Made by a program: the position numbers and the translations under genes
Assembly: GCF_000143415.4 (NCBI RefSeq)
Contig: NW_003314318.1
Location: forward strand, 558,001-622,000
Length of the DNA stretch: 64,000 nucleotides
Direction of reading: 5' to 3'
Origin: Selaginella moellendorffii
Taxonomy: Eukaryota; Plantae; Lycopodiophyta
Notes under the pieces: generated by a model
Seen by the model: only the letters and a program-made list of their open reading frames with translations
Database searches by the model: none
What the model was told of the DNA's origin: nothing
Shown here: positions 1-12,556 of the stretch, one piece after another
How the letters are laid out: every line of letters begins with the position of its first letter
How positions within the stretch are numbered: position 1 is the stretch's first letter

Positions 1-3000
1 TGGCTTCTTCGTTCTCGTCTTCTCCTTCCTCCTCCATACCTTGCCATTGGAGGAGATCCTCGTGAGAGCCTTGCTCCACAACGCTACCGTCCTGGACCAC
101 GGCTATGGAGTCGGCATTTTGGATCGTGGATAGCCTGTGAGCCACCACGATCGTCGTCCGGCTGGCCATTATCGTCTCTAGAGCCTGCTGGACGATCTCC
201 TCCGACTCGGCGTCGAGAGCGCTCGTTGCCTCGTCCAGCAGGAGGATCGCCGGGTTCTTGAGGATGGCCCGCGCGATTGCGATGCGTTGCTTCTGCCCGC
301 CGGAGAGCTGGAGACCTTTCTCGCCCGCGAACGTCGAGTAGCCATCCGGCAAAGCGCTGCAAAGTCGATTCTATCAGTGCCAAGTAAATGACGAAAAAGA
401 ACGGAAGTCATGAAAACGAAAGCAAATCCCACGAAAACAAGAGAATCGCACAAGCAATATCAAAAGCAAATCCCACGAAAACAAGAGAAAGAAAGCACGG
501 AAAAGTCTAGCACTAGGTGAAGAACACGAAGGCACGAGAACAAACATGAAGCATATCGTGAAAATATATGAAAGAATGGAAGTCATGAAAACGAAAACAA
601 ACCTCATGAAAACAAGAGAAGCACACAAGCAATATCAAAAGCAAGGAAAAGTCTAGCACTAGCTGAAGAACACGAATACACGAAAACAGACATGAAGAAT
701 ATAGTTGCTAGGAGTGTTGAAAGTTTACCTGATGAAGCTGTGAGCGTTTGCTGCTCGTGCTGCCTCCACCACTTCCGAATCACTCGCGTTCTCGGTCCCG
801 TAAGCGATGTTCTCCCAGATACTTGTGGCAAACAGCGTCGGCTCCTGGCTCACAAGAGCAATCTGTCTTCTCAGCCACTTTAGACTCAATCCCCGGATGT
901 CCCTGCCATCGATGGTAACCTTCCCACCAATCGGATCGTAAAACCTCTCGATCAGTCCGATGGCAGAGGACTTCCCGCAGCCGCTTTCGCCAACCAGTGC
1001 TACAGTCTGGCCAGCATTTACTCGCAGCCTGAAGTTTTTCAGCACGAGCAAGTCCGGCCTCGATGGGTACGCGAAGTAGACGTCGTAGAACTCGACGTCA
1101 CCTTTGAGAACCGGCACACACTTGGCAGAGTCCTTCTCTGCATCTATCTCTGTCTTCCTGTCCAAAATCTCAAACACGGACTTCACCGCTGAGACCCCCT
1201 TGGCAAGATCAGGACTGAGAGTTCCCGCTTCGGCTAAAACTCGTCCCGTGCTCACCAATATGAAAATCGTCTTCAAAACCGCACCAAACGTGCTCTCCCC
1301 GTGCTTCACCAGCAGGCCTCCATACCAAAAATCCAGCCCCCACGATGCGTAGAGAATAAACTGAGCTACTCCCAGGCTAAACCCCGCAATATGTGACCGC
1401 TTCATGGTCTCTCGAATCGGAACTTCGAGCTTCGACTTAAAAAACGCCAGAACCCGCTCCTGTGACGAGAATGCCGTGACTGTCCGGTGATGTGATACTG
1501 CCTCGCTTGCAATTTTGCAGGCTTCCCTCTGTGCTGCCGCAGTATTCTGAGCAAATCCTCGCAGACATATATTTTTCACGTAGTAGCAGAGGATGATGAG
1601 TGGTTGTATCGCTATTATCACCATGGCCAGCTTCCACGAAGTTATAAGCCCAACGATAAAGCTCACTGACGTTGCGCTTGCTGTCTGGACGAGTAGAGAA
1701 ATACGATCACCAACAAGTCCACGAACCTGCAACATGGTAAAGGAGGGTGAGAATAAATAGGAGAAACGTAAAAAAGAACTCACCATGCTTGCATCCGAAG
1801 CTAGTCTGGAGCACAAAGCACCAGTTGAGTTTTCTTCTCTATCGAACCAGCCGACTTCAAAACTGAGCATTGAAGCCAGCAACTTCTCACGTACCCTCTT
1901 TGTCAAGCTCTCGCCAAGTGCCGCAAAGCTGCAATGTTGCACAATGTTCACAATGAACGAAGCAACTCCCAGACCGAGGAAGGCGTAGACGTGAATTCGA
2001 ACTGTTTGGTGAAGCTTCTCTACGTCAGTCGTGTAGTAGCTTGCGACCATGCTACCAAGAAGAAATGCGTAAAACGGATGGACGAATCCAAAAGACACTG
2101 CACCCCAGAGTCCCAGAAGGCCTTGCTTCCACTCGGGCTTGTTTAGTGCCAGAAGTCTGGCAACGGACGGCTTCTTAACTTTTGGCTTGCTCTTCACCTT
2201 CCTGCTGGTTCTTGATGGAAGTCTTGTGTACCTGTTAATATCCTTCTCACTGGTTGCTGAAAGTTCCACGTCGACGAGATCCCCTTCAGTCGCCGATGAG
2301 ACTTTCATGACTTGTTCTGTTGCGGGATTGATTTCATAATGCCCGGAGCTGTTTGCTTGCTTCATGAGTAGAGAAGCGTACACCCCCGTCTTCTCAGCTA
2401 CAAGCTCTTCGTGACTGCCGGATTCGACCGCTATACCAGAATCCATAACTACAATCAGATCAGCTTCTTGAACTGTCGATAACCTGTGAGCCACTATGAC
2501 CGTTGTCCGCTCCATACGTGCCCTTTCTAGTGCTTGCTGAACTGCTTGCTCCGAGAGACTGTCTAGAGCACTAGTCGCTTCATCCAGCAAAAGAATTGGC
2601 GGATTTCGAATCAATGCTCGTGCTATGGCAATTCTTTGCTTTTGTCCACCAGAAAGCTGAACACCACGTTCTCCAACCTGAAATAATTATAGTAAGACAA
2701 AATTTGGATTTAGAAGTGAGCTTACTTGTGTGTCGTAGCCTCTCGGCATTCTCTGTATGAAGTCGTGCGCGTTGGCAAGTTTTGCTGCGTGAGTAATCTC
2801 TTCCATGCTCGCGTTTTCTTTCCCATACAAAATGTTCTCCCGTATCGAAGTTGCAAATAATCCCGGCTCTTGGTTCACCAGTCCCATCTGCCTTCGCAAC
2901 CACATAAGATGCAATTCTCGAATGTCCACGTTGTCAAGCATAACTTGACCAGCAACAGGATCATAGAACCTTTCTATCAGAGAAATGATGGTGGACTTTC

Positions 3001-5047
3001 CAGATCCACTGCTCCCAACCAACGCGACCGTCTTTTCTGAAGGCAAAATATATGCGTAAGTACGCCAAACTTATGCTCTGGAAAGGAGAACGTACTGGCT
3101 GGAACGTGAAGAGTGAAAGATTTCAAAACCAGAGCTCCCGGTCTCGAAGGATATGCGAACTCAACCTCTTTGAGGTCCAAGTTACCTTCAACTTTGCTAA
3201 GCGTTTTCCCACTCGAATCATTTGTGTCGATAGGGGGAACGCGTTGAATCATTTTGAAAATTCTGGTACCAGCTACACGTCCTTCTGCAAAAGCTTTCAT
3301 GTTGGGCGTAGCATTTCCCAAAGCTCTGGAAAACGCCATGAGATCACCAAGACAGAAACAAAATATTTTTAAAAAACTTACATGCCACCAGAAAGCACCG
3401 CAAATCCTGTTGTCAAAACTTGACCACCATTTGCACGGTGTTGCATCACAAGCTCGCTGCCATACCACGCCATGAAGGCCCACAGGGCGAAGTTGATGCC
3501 ACTGGAACCCATGGCAAGTCCTTTGGCAAGTCCTTGTTTGAGTCCAAGCTTCACTGTGCCATCCAGGGCTGCCGAATACTTCTCTGTCGTCTTCTTCTCT
3601 GCCACGAATGAGTAGACCGTTCGGACCGACGACAGTCCTTGTTCAGCAATTGTTCCTGCTTCTTTGTATGCGCTCTGCCTACGAATCGCAAACTCGGACA
3701 GAGCCTTGCTGTACAGTGAGCCTGGAATTATCAACAGCGGGAAAAACGGCAGCATCACAAGTGCTAGCCTCCATATCTGTGTGAATCCGACGAAGTATCC
3801 ACCCACGAAGTGGGATAAGTTTTCGATAAAGTTCCCAACCTGCAAGCGTAACAAGATTTTCTTTAGATAAATGTAAGCAATATCGGAAAGGGTTTCACCT
3901 TCTCGCTAATCGCTTCTTGTACGAGAAGTGTGTCCACTGAAACATTTCCAACAACCTCAGCTGTGGACATGTCGCTGTCAAAATACCCCACATTTTGCCT
4001 GAGAATCGCACGCAAGTAGTCTGCACGGATTCTTGCCACTTGCCGTTCTCCAGTCTTCATCCAGCAGCTTACTTCTGTAGGATGCCACCAGACAAAGTTC
4101 ATCAGCACCACAATTTTAAAACGGAACCTTACAACGAAGGAAGGGAAAGTCTCACCGAGGTACGAGGCCACCAAAGCAACAGCCGCTGTGTATACCAAGA
4201 ATGTCGCATCCTGGAAAACTTGGGTGTTAGGGGCGAATGATAAAAAAAAACGTTCGGCCTAAGTATGAAAACATTGAACATTTTGCACGAATTCGCACAA
4301 GGCATTCGACCCACAACGGAGCTGCCTGGTGTCACTTGTGTGATTGCGTGCTCGGCCAAGTTTTTGGTGGCACGCCACCGCCCTCACACCTAACTCCGCT
4401 ATCAATCCAAAGCAAGCACGAAGAAACAAATGAAGAACAAAAAAGAAAATGAAGATCGAGAAAAGAAAGCCATACTCAAATCTCTGCCATGCCAATTTAA
4501 ATGCCCAGAGCAGGCATTTGTTGGTGCCAGCCAGGAGGAGCATTCCCCGCTTACACACACTCGAGAGTCTTGCTTGGGCTCGCTGATCTAAAGCCAGACC
4601 AGCATTAGCGAAGAAAGGAGCTTTCTTCACAAACAAGCTAGATTCTCACACAATCTCAATCAAAAAGAGGAAAAGCCGGAAGGAAAGAAAGCATTGAAAA
4701 GAAATAAAGAATCCAGGGAGCGATTTGAGGATCGATCGATTTGATCTTACCTCAGATACTCTCCTCGCCAGCTCCACGGGACGATTCTGGAGGCTCCCGA
4801 AATTGTTGATGAGGTGGCTCTGGACGACCAGAATCGCCGGGAAGATCAAGCCGCTCACCATCGCCGCCACCGATCCGACGAGCATCAGCACCACATCGTA
4901 GCGATCCGCGTAGCTGAGGAGCTGCCAGTAGGAGACGACCTCTCTATCGCCGCCCCCGCCCGGCTCCTCCTCGGATTTCTTGGAATTCCCTGCGCGATCG
5001 GCGCCGCCGGATGCATGGCGCCGCCCGGGGCAAGAAATCCTCGCCAT
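1..5047 (-). CDS. ABCB: ABC transporter B family full-size member (MDR/P-glycoprotein), multi-exon; 3' end probably continues beyond window start
   Basis: Two TMD-NBD halves across the ORFs: [38 protein letters not shown]; second [16 protein letters not shown] and an exon at ~25-356 encoding [36 protein letters not shown] introns; start at ATG 5047 is inferred. Confidence 0.95.
405..705. repeat. Imperfect tandem duplication (~175 bp unit) inside ABCB intron 357-728
   Basis: Blocks gaagtcatgaaaacgaaa, caagcaatatcaaaagcaa, ggaaaagtctagcactag and tgaagaacacgaa each occur twice, in the same order. Confidence 0.8.
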
Positions 5048-6219
5048 GCATTCCCTGCCGCATCCGACATTGCGAGCTCGCCCTGGGAATCGTGATGCCT
5101 CGCCCGGCGTCGCTGGAATTGGGGCCATGGACACCGAAATATTTGGCAAGCCGCGGAGATCACACACTCGATACCATCAATCATGCGCTTTCGATGGCGG
5201 TGTGGCCCCGGATCACAGAATCATAGAAATCGCTCGCTTGCGGCCTAAGAAGCGTCGCGCATCGATCAAGCCCACCGCGTTTGAGCGACACAAAGAATTT
5301 AAATAGGGCTATTCTCAAAGCGCCACACTGTAACAGGTGTATGGCGAAATGGCTCTCTTCCAGGGCGAATTTAAAGGAAGCAAACTAAGCGATTAGAAAA
5401 AAGAAAAATGGGAGTCTAGCCTGGATGGAATGAACGAAAGCTTGGATAGATTGGTTCCAATGGAAGTGTTGTTTCGCAAAAAAGGAGCTTCTCTGCACTC
5501 TACACATCCACACACCATTTTCATGATGCGGATTTATAGGCACACATGAACTTGTACGGGAAAAGGACCATCCTTTTATTCTCGATTTTAATACTTTAAT
5601 ATACACAGCAATAAAATAAAATAGTATTTTTTCTCCTGAACTTCGAAAAATATTATATTTTAAAGCTATAATGAACAGCGGCAACAGATAAGTTATAACG
5701 TTGTGCCTGCGCTGGCTCAATGGGCGCGAGACATGTAATATTCGGTCCCCATATTTTGTGAACGGTGTCAAGCACTCGCGCTTGTTTAAGCTGTGCTTTC
5801 GTGGGAATCGCATGAATCGAAGGTTTGTTTTCGATTGTAACACCAGCTGATTGCAGAATCTGGATCCAAACTGCTCTATTGAACTTGACAGCAAAAATTA
5901 GACTATAAAACCCAATGATATTTTTCACTGTACCACTGTTTGCATCACTGAATTCATAATCAGTGTCTTGCTTTTAAACTGGATAGAATAAAACACACAG
6001 GGGTGGCACAAGGTTGAGTGGAGCTGGGCATATGCTGGGGCGAGGAGAATGCCCTTGCCCTTTTTAACAGGCATCAAATATTTGTGGAGATTTGGCTGCA
6101 CTGCACACAAACTCTTCTAGCCCCTTCCCTTTGCTCAAAGTTGGTGGCAAACACAAAAAGAATGTCCCCTTCTTGGGGCAGATGGTGCAAGTGTTGATGG
6201 ATGCATTTGTCTTCCTTCC

Positions 6220-6220
6220 A

Positions 6221-6254
<34 letters not shown>

Positions 6255-6283
6255 ACATGTGTGTGTGTGTGTGTGTGTGTGTG
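6220..6283. repeat. Compound microsatellite (TC)n-(AC)n-(TG)n
   Basis: Directly visible in the sequence. Confidence 0.95.
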
Positions 6284-8560
6284 ATCACAAAAGGTCTCCA
6301 TCTGGGCTTTTCCTGCAACTTGCAAATTTCTTTTGTGTCCTGCTGTGTATAGAGCTCTCAATGCAAACAACTTGAGCTACTCTTGCTAAGAGGAGACAGT
6401 CTTTCAGCTAAGTATTACAACAAAATCACCAAAACCACCAGTTGCATTAGACCAAGCTTTAGATTCAAGAAAACTGTCTGGTTAAAGTTTAGCCAAATAC
6501 CATGCCAACTTGTCTTGTTGGTCAAAGGCAAAGTCTCCTCCTATCTTAAGATTCTCCCTGGGCACCACAAGATCAAAACAACACCTACATACAACTTCTT
6601 TGATATGACTTCCTGATCGATTTCAACAGAAGATTAGACGTCACTTCCTATCACTCACACAGAACCTGGACACATTCTCTCACAGGCCAAGAGGATTGGG
6701 AAAGGGCGATGTCGATGAGGCCATCCAATTTGCTGCCGGAATTGGTTTTGCTTGTACAAGGTATTCTTTGGACATGCACAAGGGACGGAAGGTGGCGTTT
6801 TTGGTGTCAAAAGAGGGTCCGTGCAAGAACCTCTGCCTGCTACCAAGGAGCACTTTGACGGAAATGGTGGTCACATGTCAAACCTCACAAAGAGGCTTTG
6901 CGGTTTGACAATGGGCTACAGACGTGGCAGAGATGACAGTCGAACATTCGTCCTGGCAAAAGCTGGCAAATATCAGAGCCTAGCTCAAATTTCCCGAGCA
7001 TAATCAGGTCCATGTTGTGGCAATCACCTGCAGTGCCAGATCCAAAGGGACATTTGTGTGCTCAACTCTAGACGCTTCATGGTTTACAGTGGCCACCTTT
7101 TTTATTTCCCAGTGGCATGCAGCTGGAAAGCAAAGAAAACAGAAAAGACGAGCTGAATAGATAAGAGGTGTGCAAAGAAGCAAAGGCAGTGCTCACGCCT
7201 CACATAGAGAATGCACTCCTACAGAGCACCATACTTTATTCCGACTGCTTAGTGCTGTCTAAGATATATATTAAATTTATAAAAGTTGGCAAAACTAATT
7301 TTTGGTTGCTGAAACAAGCAAGGGAATCTAAAACAGGTGCCATGAAACTCGTGCAGAGGAAGTGGCCCTCACCAAGTGGACACAGGCCGGCTTTTTACAT
7401 GTGATACTCTTGCCTTGAGTGTCAAAACTTCTGCCACGTCCTATAGACTTGGAGCACGACTTTGAAAATGAAACTGCAAAGAATTTGTAGAAATTCAAGC
7501 CTTCTTGTTGGCAAGACGAATTGGTGGCTGGAATTCATCGGTTCAAGCTTCAGCTGTTCACAGCGTTGTGATCACAGCGACCTCGTGATGGTGATTTTGA
7601 TGGAGCCAAAGCCGGGTCGACGCGAAAGAGTTCTATCTTTGTCCAAATTGCTTCCATTATCATCTAAATTAGGTGTAAGACCACTGAGTTGTCCCTCTTT
7701 TCAGTGTTGGATGACTTTGATCTTTGTCTAGAGATTTTTCCAGGGGTCGTTGTCTTCCCTTTTGCTGGATGAACTTCAGCCTAAAGTCTAAAAGCCCCGG
7801 AATCTTTTCCGTACTCTCACACCAACGTCACAGCTCCAGATCTGTATATGTCTCATCAAATCACTTTGGATTTTTACAAATCTATCTAGCCCAAGAGATT
7901 AGATCGGAATGGCATAGAAATTCATAGTGCTTTGCGCTGTTAAACAAGCGAGTCGCAATCTCAATCGCGCCAGTAATGTGTCCGTAGACGTCACTCACTT
8001 CGTTGGACAAAAATTTCAAGACGACCTCTATTGACCGGATCGAAGTCGCTATATACACACACAAAGCGTGATCGATACGATTGATTGAACCCGCGCTAAC
8101 ACACGCAACATCAAACTAACATATTTTCGAAAGTTGGCCATAGAGAAAATAGGAGGAGCATGTCAAAGAGCAGGAGGGGCCAGTCAAGCGTGGGACTTCG
8201 GGAAATTCTCTGAAAAGTGGCAAGGGAAAAGCGCCTATCAGACACAAGGATTACTATTGGTACCATTATTGAAGCTCGCAGAAAGGATGAAAAATTAATT
8301 TAAAATTACGACCTTTTCAAAAAATTAAATATTAAAAAATAAAAAAAAACCTGAGAAAAGAGTAACTTACGTGTTCTCCACTTTCACTGCCTGACATCAG
8401 CCACTCTATCATTCTCACCACAAACACACACACATTTTCTTGTGTCGATCAATTCATCGCTCTCGTACCCTGCCGGTCGTCCTATCAACAAGAATTTACC
8501 CGACAAAAGCTTCCACATCTTTTGGCGCCTGGAGTGTAGATCCGAAACTTCTAGAAGACT

Positions 8561-8632
8561 TTGACTATAATGTCACCATTCCCTTGACCTAAGAAGTCAA
8601 CATGTTTTGACCGTAGAGTCAAAATTAGTCAA
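8561..8632. promoter_or_regulatory. Cluster of six W-box (TTGACY) motifs upstream of the ATP synthase FAd gene
   Basis: TTGACT 8561, TTGACC 8584, AGTCAA 8595, TTGACC 8607, AGTCAA 8617, AGTCAA 8627. Confidence 0.5.
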
Positions 8633-8714
8633 ACAGAATCGAACCTTGAAACGATGCTTGGGGATATAGGGCTTTTTCGTTTGTAGGGTTCTTCGGGGCA
8701 CTTGTAGCGAAGGA

Positions 8715-9771
8715 ATGGCGATGTGGAGGGGAGGGATTCTCCGAGCTGCGTCTCGGCTCCATCCGGTAAGCCCAGGGATCCTGCATTTTGGATTGATTGA
8801 TCTTGGATGCGGCAGCCGGTGAGGTCTGGATTCGAGGGCGTGTCATGCCGAGCGTTTGCCGAGCAGGCAGAGGAGGAGCCAAAAGGTGTGATTTTGAGCA
8901 ATTCTTGCGCGCTTTCTTACGGTTTTCTCTCATAGATATTGTCAAGGAGAAATTCATCGAGAAGCTGGAGCTTTTGTTCAACTTGACTAGGGAGTTTAGA
9001 AAGTTCCGGATTGTCATCGACCCTGATGATCCCAAGGTTGTCAAGGAGCTCTCGGATAACATCTTGCAAGCCCGATCGAAGTAAGTCATCCAGCGATCAA
9101 AGTTTCCATTCATCTTTTTCGTTTTCTTTTTCTTGTGGAACAGCGTTGGCTTGCCTCCTCCAGAAGTGCAGCTACAAAATATGATGGAAGGATTGGCGCA
9201 GCGATCCAAGTCTGTGCGCCAGTTTTACGAGAAGCTTGGCCGCTTTCAAGCCTCGTAAGTTCTCCTGTTTCTCTGTCTGGCCGGTGTCACGAATTTCGTC
9301 CTTCTTTTGTTCCTCCAGCAAAGGCATGGAAGACGTCGAGGGCAACAAGGCAATGATGGAAGTGATCGACGCAGTAGAGAGTAAAATCGGTAAGCCGCTC
9401 ACTCGAGATGACAAGGAAGGCATGAAGCTGTTTGAGGAACAAAGCGCTGCTGCGTTGAAGAGGTAACGTTGGTATACACTCGATCCACTAAACTTCTTTC
9501 TTTGCCAGGCTTGACACCGATCCAGAGAAATTCGACGAGTACATGGAGCAGCGAAATCTCGACAAGGCCAAGTTGCTGCTGCTGACAATGAAGAAAGGAG
9601 CGTCAGAGACAATCGATAGATTCATGAAGTACGTACCGGGTGTTCTCCCTGTTCATCTGTTTGATCTTTTCTTGCAGGGACAAAACCGACTTTGAGCTCA
9701 ACTATAAAGAGCTCGATGCCCGGACCTTCCTCCGCTTGCCTGGAGAGGGCTTCCAAAAGCCAGCAGCGTGA
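8715..9771 (+). CDS. Mitochondrial ATP synthase 24 kDa (FAd) subunit, plant-specific, about 7 exons
   Basis: Spliced peptide CRAFAEQ..FRIVIDPDDPKVVKELSDNILQARSK..KGMEDVEGNKAMMEVIDAVESKIGKPLTRDDKEGMKLF..ELDARTFL resembles Arabidopsis FAd/MGP1 as I recall it (KITLDPEDPAAVK, EKVEKDIKKPLLRSDKKGMDLL). Confidence 0.85.
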
Positions 9772-10143
9772 AAACACCAGTATCGAAGATTTCAAAAGAG
9801 AGAGGCAAAGAACCTGAATAACCAATTTTGGACTGAAGCTTTGGAAAATCTCTGTATTCTTTTCTTTCGTTGTCCTGATAATGTTGATAATCTGGATGGA
9901 TGCTCGGCCTGGGCTCAGCACAACAAAAGCAAAACACAGCCTCGATTCGATATAAAGAACAAAAGTTACAAAAGTGTAGAGTGGTCAAAAACGAGAAAGA
10001 AGAACAAGAGAGAAAAAAAAAGAATGGGAACCTGGCTCTCTCTAGTATGTATATTATTACTCCACGACGACGACGACGATCTTCATACCTGCTGCTGTCG
10101 AAGCTTATTCTTCCTCCCAAAGGTAAGAACCAACGAAGGAAAG

Positions 10144-11949
10144 CTAGTAATTGTAACCATACCCGTATGATGCTCCGCCCATTCCCATGCCGTAAGAATA
10201 GTGGCCATACTGAGGATGCCCGTTCCCGTAGTAACTCGTGTAGCCATACTGCCCTTGCATCCCATTTTGCTGGTACTGGTTCCATAGCTGCTGCTCCTGA
10301 GTGAGAAGCCTTTGCTTTTGCTGCATGTCCGCCATTTGCACGAACGGTGGCGGAGGAACACCGAGCGAGGCCGAGAAGGGGTCCTCGTCCACCGTCCCGG
10401 ACGGAGCTGGAAGCGCGAGATAGTTCGTCGGCTTGCCCGGGATCGCGACACTGCTGGCGCTCCCGGCCGGCATGCTCGACACCGCCTTTTGAGCCACGCT
10501 GCCTTGCTCGTACATGCTGTCGAGGAGGAGCTGGTCGAAGTTGCCGGCGAGTGAGGTGGTGGGAGTCTTGGCGAGATTGCTGGCCTCGGTCACCAACGCA
10601 AGCTCCCACCCGGCTTTGCCATTCTCCGAGTAGGAGGCGGCGCTGCCGCCATTGGCCTGGGGAGTGCTCGAGCCGAACGGCTCCCACTTTCCATTCGCCG
10701 ACGGAGCGTCGGAGAACAAGGCCAGCGCGAGCCTGTCACCCTCGGCAACCATGGTCGACTTGTCCAGGTTGAGAAGGTCGGCGTCCTTCTCCTCTACCTG
10801 TGGCTCCGGCTCCGGAGCGGGAGGCTCCACTGGAGGCGCTGGCAAGGCCTTGATACCATTGTAATCGATGTCCTCGGGCTCCGACTCCTCGGCCTTGGGT
10901 GGCGGACTGGGCTCAGGGCTCTTTGGTCTCTGAGCGCGAGAGCCAGAGCGAGATCTCTCCCTGAGCGAGTCTTCCAGAGTGTCTAGATGGTCCTGCGCCA
11001 CCTTGACTATCGTGGGGTAGTCCGAGGACCTTCCCACTCCGATGTGCTTGCAAACGTTGTAAAAGGAGTCGAGCTCCTCGGACTGCTTGGCGGACTTCGC
11101 ATAGATGTCGAAAGCCTTGGTTGACTCCTGATACTCCATGTCAAAGAAGGCCTCCAGGAGCACCGTGATGCCGTCTCGGATCTCTCCATACAACTGGAAG
11201 CTCTCCTTGATGATCATGTAGAGGCAGATCTGGGTGAGACGGTGGTACCGCGCAGCACCCGCGGGCCTGCAAGCCAGCATACGCTCCATGATCCGCTGCA
11301 TCACCGGCAGCTTCTCCAGCAGCATGTCGGGCTTCATGTCTTTCGTCTTGAGCTGGCCGGTGGTTTGTCTCGGAGGAGATTCTCGTCGTCTATCATCGTA
11401 GTAGTCCCTGGAATCGCTGTATCTGTACTCCTCGTTCCTGTAGCCACCACCATCGTATCCTCCACGCTCACGCTTGGGCGCTTGTCCGGGAGAAAAGACA
11501 TGGCAGTCGAGGCGCTCGTCGAGGTAGAGCGCGTAAGTCCGAACGAACGCCGTGTAGTCCCACCCATTGGACCGCGACTCGTCCGTGAAGGCTGAGAGCA
11601 TGAGCATTCTCCTCCCCATTCTAGCCAGCTCCTCCTCGAAGGTCGGATCGCCTTCTCGAAGCAGGCGATGCGTGACCATGAGGGTTTTGATGGCGACCAC
11701 CCAGTTCCTCGTCTTGCCGAGCCGCCTGGCCAGCAGCCCCAGGCACGCATTCACGTAGCCTCGCGAGTAGGAGGTCAGGTAGAGGAGCTCGTGGACGTAC
11801 TTGTCATCCACGGGCACCTCTTCATGGCTTGTGGCCTTGACGACGGCAACCTCGAGCTCTGGAACGCTGGAGCCCGCGACCTTGGCGATGCCGATGGTGG
11901 TCTGATCCTTGACGGCCCCCAGCGCCTTGCGAATAGCCCGCGGCGCCAT
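10144..11949 (-). CDS. ANTH-domain clathrin assembly protein (AP180/PICALM family), single exon, 601 aa
   Basis: IRKALGAVKDQT, VKATSH, TRNWVVAIKTL, WDYTAFVRTYALYLDERL, GWELALV and DPFSASL motifs. Confidence 0.95.
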   Translation of the reverse strand: MAPRAIRKALGAVKDQTTIGIAKVAGSSVPELEVAVVKATSHEEVPVDDKYVHELLYLTSYSRGYVNACLGLLARRLGKTRNWVVAIKTLMVTHRLLREGDPTFEEELARMGRRMLMLSAFTDESRSNGWDYTAFVRTYALYLDERLDCHVFSPGQAPKRERGGYDGGGYRNEEYRYSDSRDYYDDRRRESPPRQTTGQLKTKDMKPDMLLEKLPVMQRIMERMLACRPAGAARYHRLTQICLYMIIKESFQLYGEIRDGITVLLEAFFDMEYQESTKAFDIYAKSAKQSEELDSFYNVCKHIGVGRSSDYPTIVKVAQDHLDTLEDSLRERSRSGSRAQRPKSPEPSPPPKAEESEPEDIDYNGIKALPAPPVEPPAPEPEPQVEEKDADLLNLDKSTMVAEGDRLALALFSDAPSANGKWEPFGSSTPQANGGSAASYSENGKAGWELALVTEASNLAKTPTTSLAGNFDQLLLDSMYEQGSVAQKAVSSMPAGSASSVAIPGKPTNYLALPAPSGTVDEDPFSASLGVPPPPFVQMADMQQKQRLLTQEQQLWNQYQQNGMQGQYGYTSYYGNGHPQYGHYSYGMGMGGASYGYGYNY

Positions 11950-12410
11950 TCCCTTGTTCCCTGTCCCGCGAGATTTCCACCGAAAAGCTCGAAATTTCCA
12001 GAGATTTCAGCCTGGAACGATCCCGCGGCACCAGATCGGGAGATGTCGGTGGAAATCCTCACCGGAGCTGAGAAAATGCTCTACGATTCCTGCCTAGAAA
12101 TGAAATACCATACCGTGACTAGCAGATTTCTCACGCGCTGGCGGACGAGCCGCAGCGCCCTGAGCGATTTGTCGCAGCGATCGAGCTAGAGCGGCAAAAA
12201 TGCGCCTAGATCTAGACAGCACAAAGCTCCATATCTAGGGCGGCACCTACTATACGCGCACGAAGGGCAAAACACACCCTGTTGCCTTTACTTTGAGAGC
12301 ATATTCCGGCAAAGCTGTCTCCAAAAAGGAGCATATTCCGTTTGCATGCCCAGTAAAACGTCAATTTCTCCATCCAACGGCCACAAGCGCGTTGATTGTT
12401 CAACGCTTTT

Positions 12411-12430
12411 TGACGTGGCATGCCACGTGT
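12411..12430. promoter_or_regulatory. Palindromic double ACGT element (TGACGTGG + CCACGTG) in the divergent AP180/TIC40 promoter
   Basis: tgacgtggcatgccacgtgt contains the perfect 16-bp palindrome ACGTGGCATGCCACGT (12413-12428). Confidence 0.55.
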
Positions 12431-12556
12431 GCTTGTGTGGGGATCCAACGGTGCAGCGCCGGTGCTGGAATCGATGGCGGGGATGCCTCGTGGCTTATCA
12501 TCTTCACAGAATTATTAAGCTTTTCTTTTGTTTCACAGGGGCAGAGTAGGAGGACG

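Noticed and set aside
9698-10687. 329-aa and other alternative-frame ORFs overlapping AP180, PHI and GDSL
   Set aside because: They are shadow ORFs of GC-rich coding sequence with no recognisable motifs.
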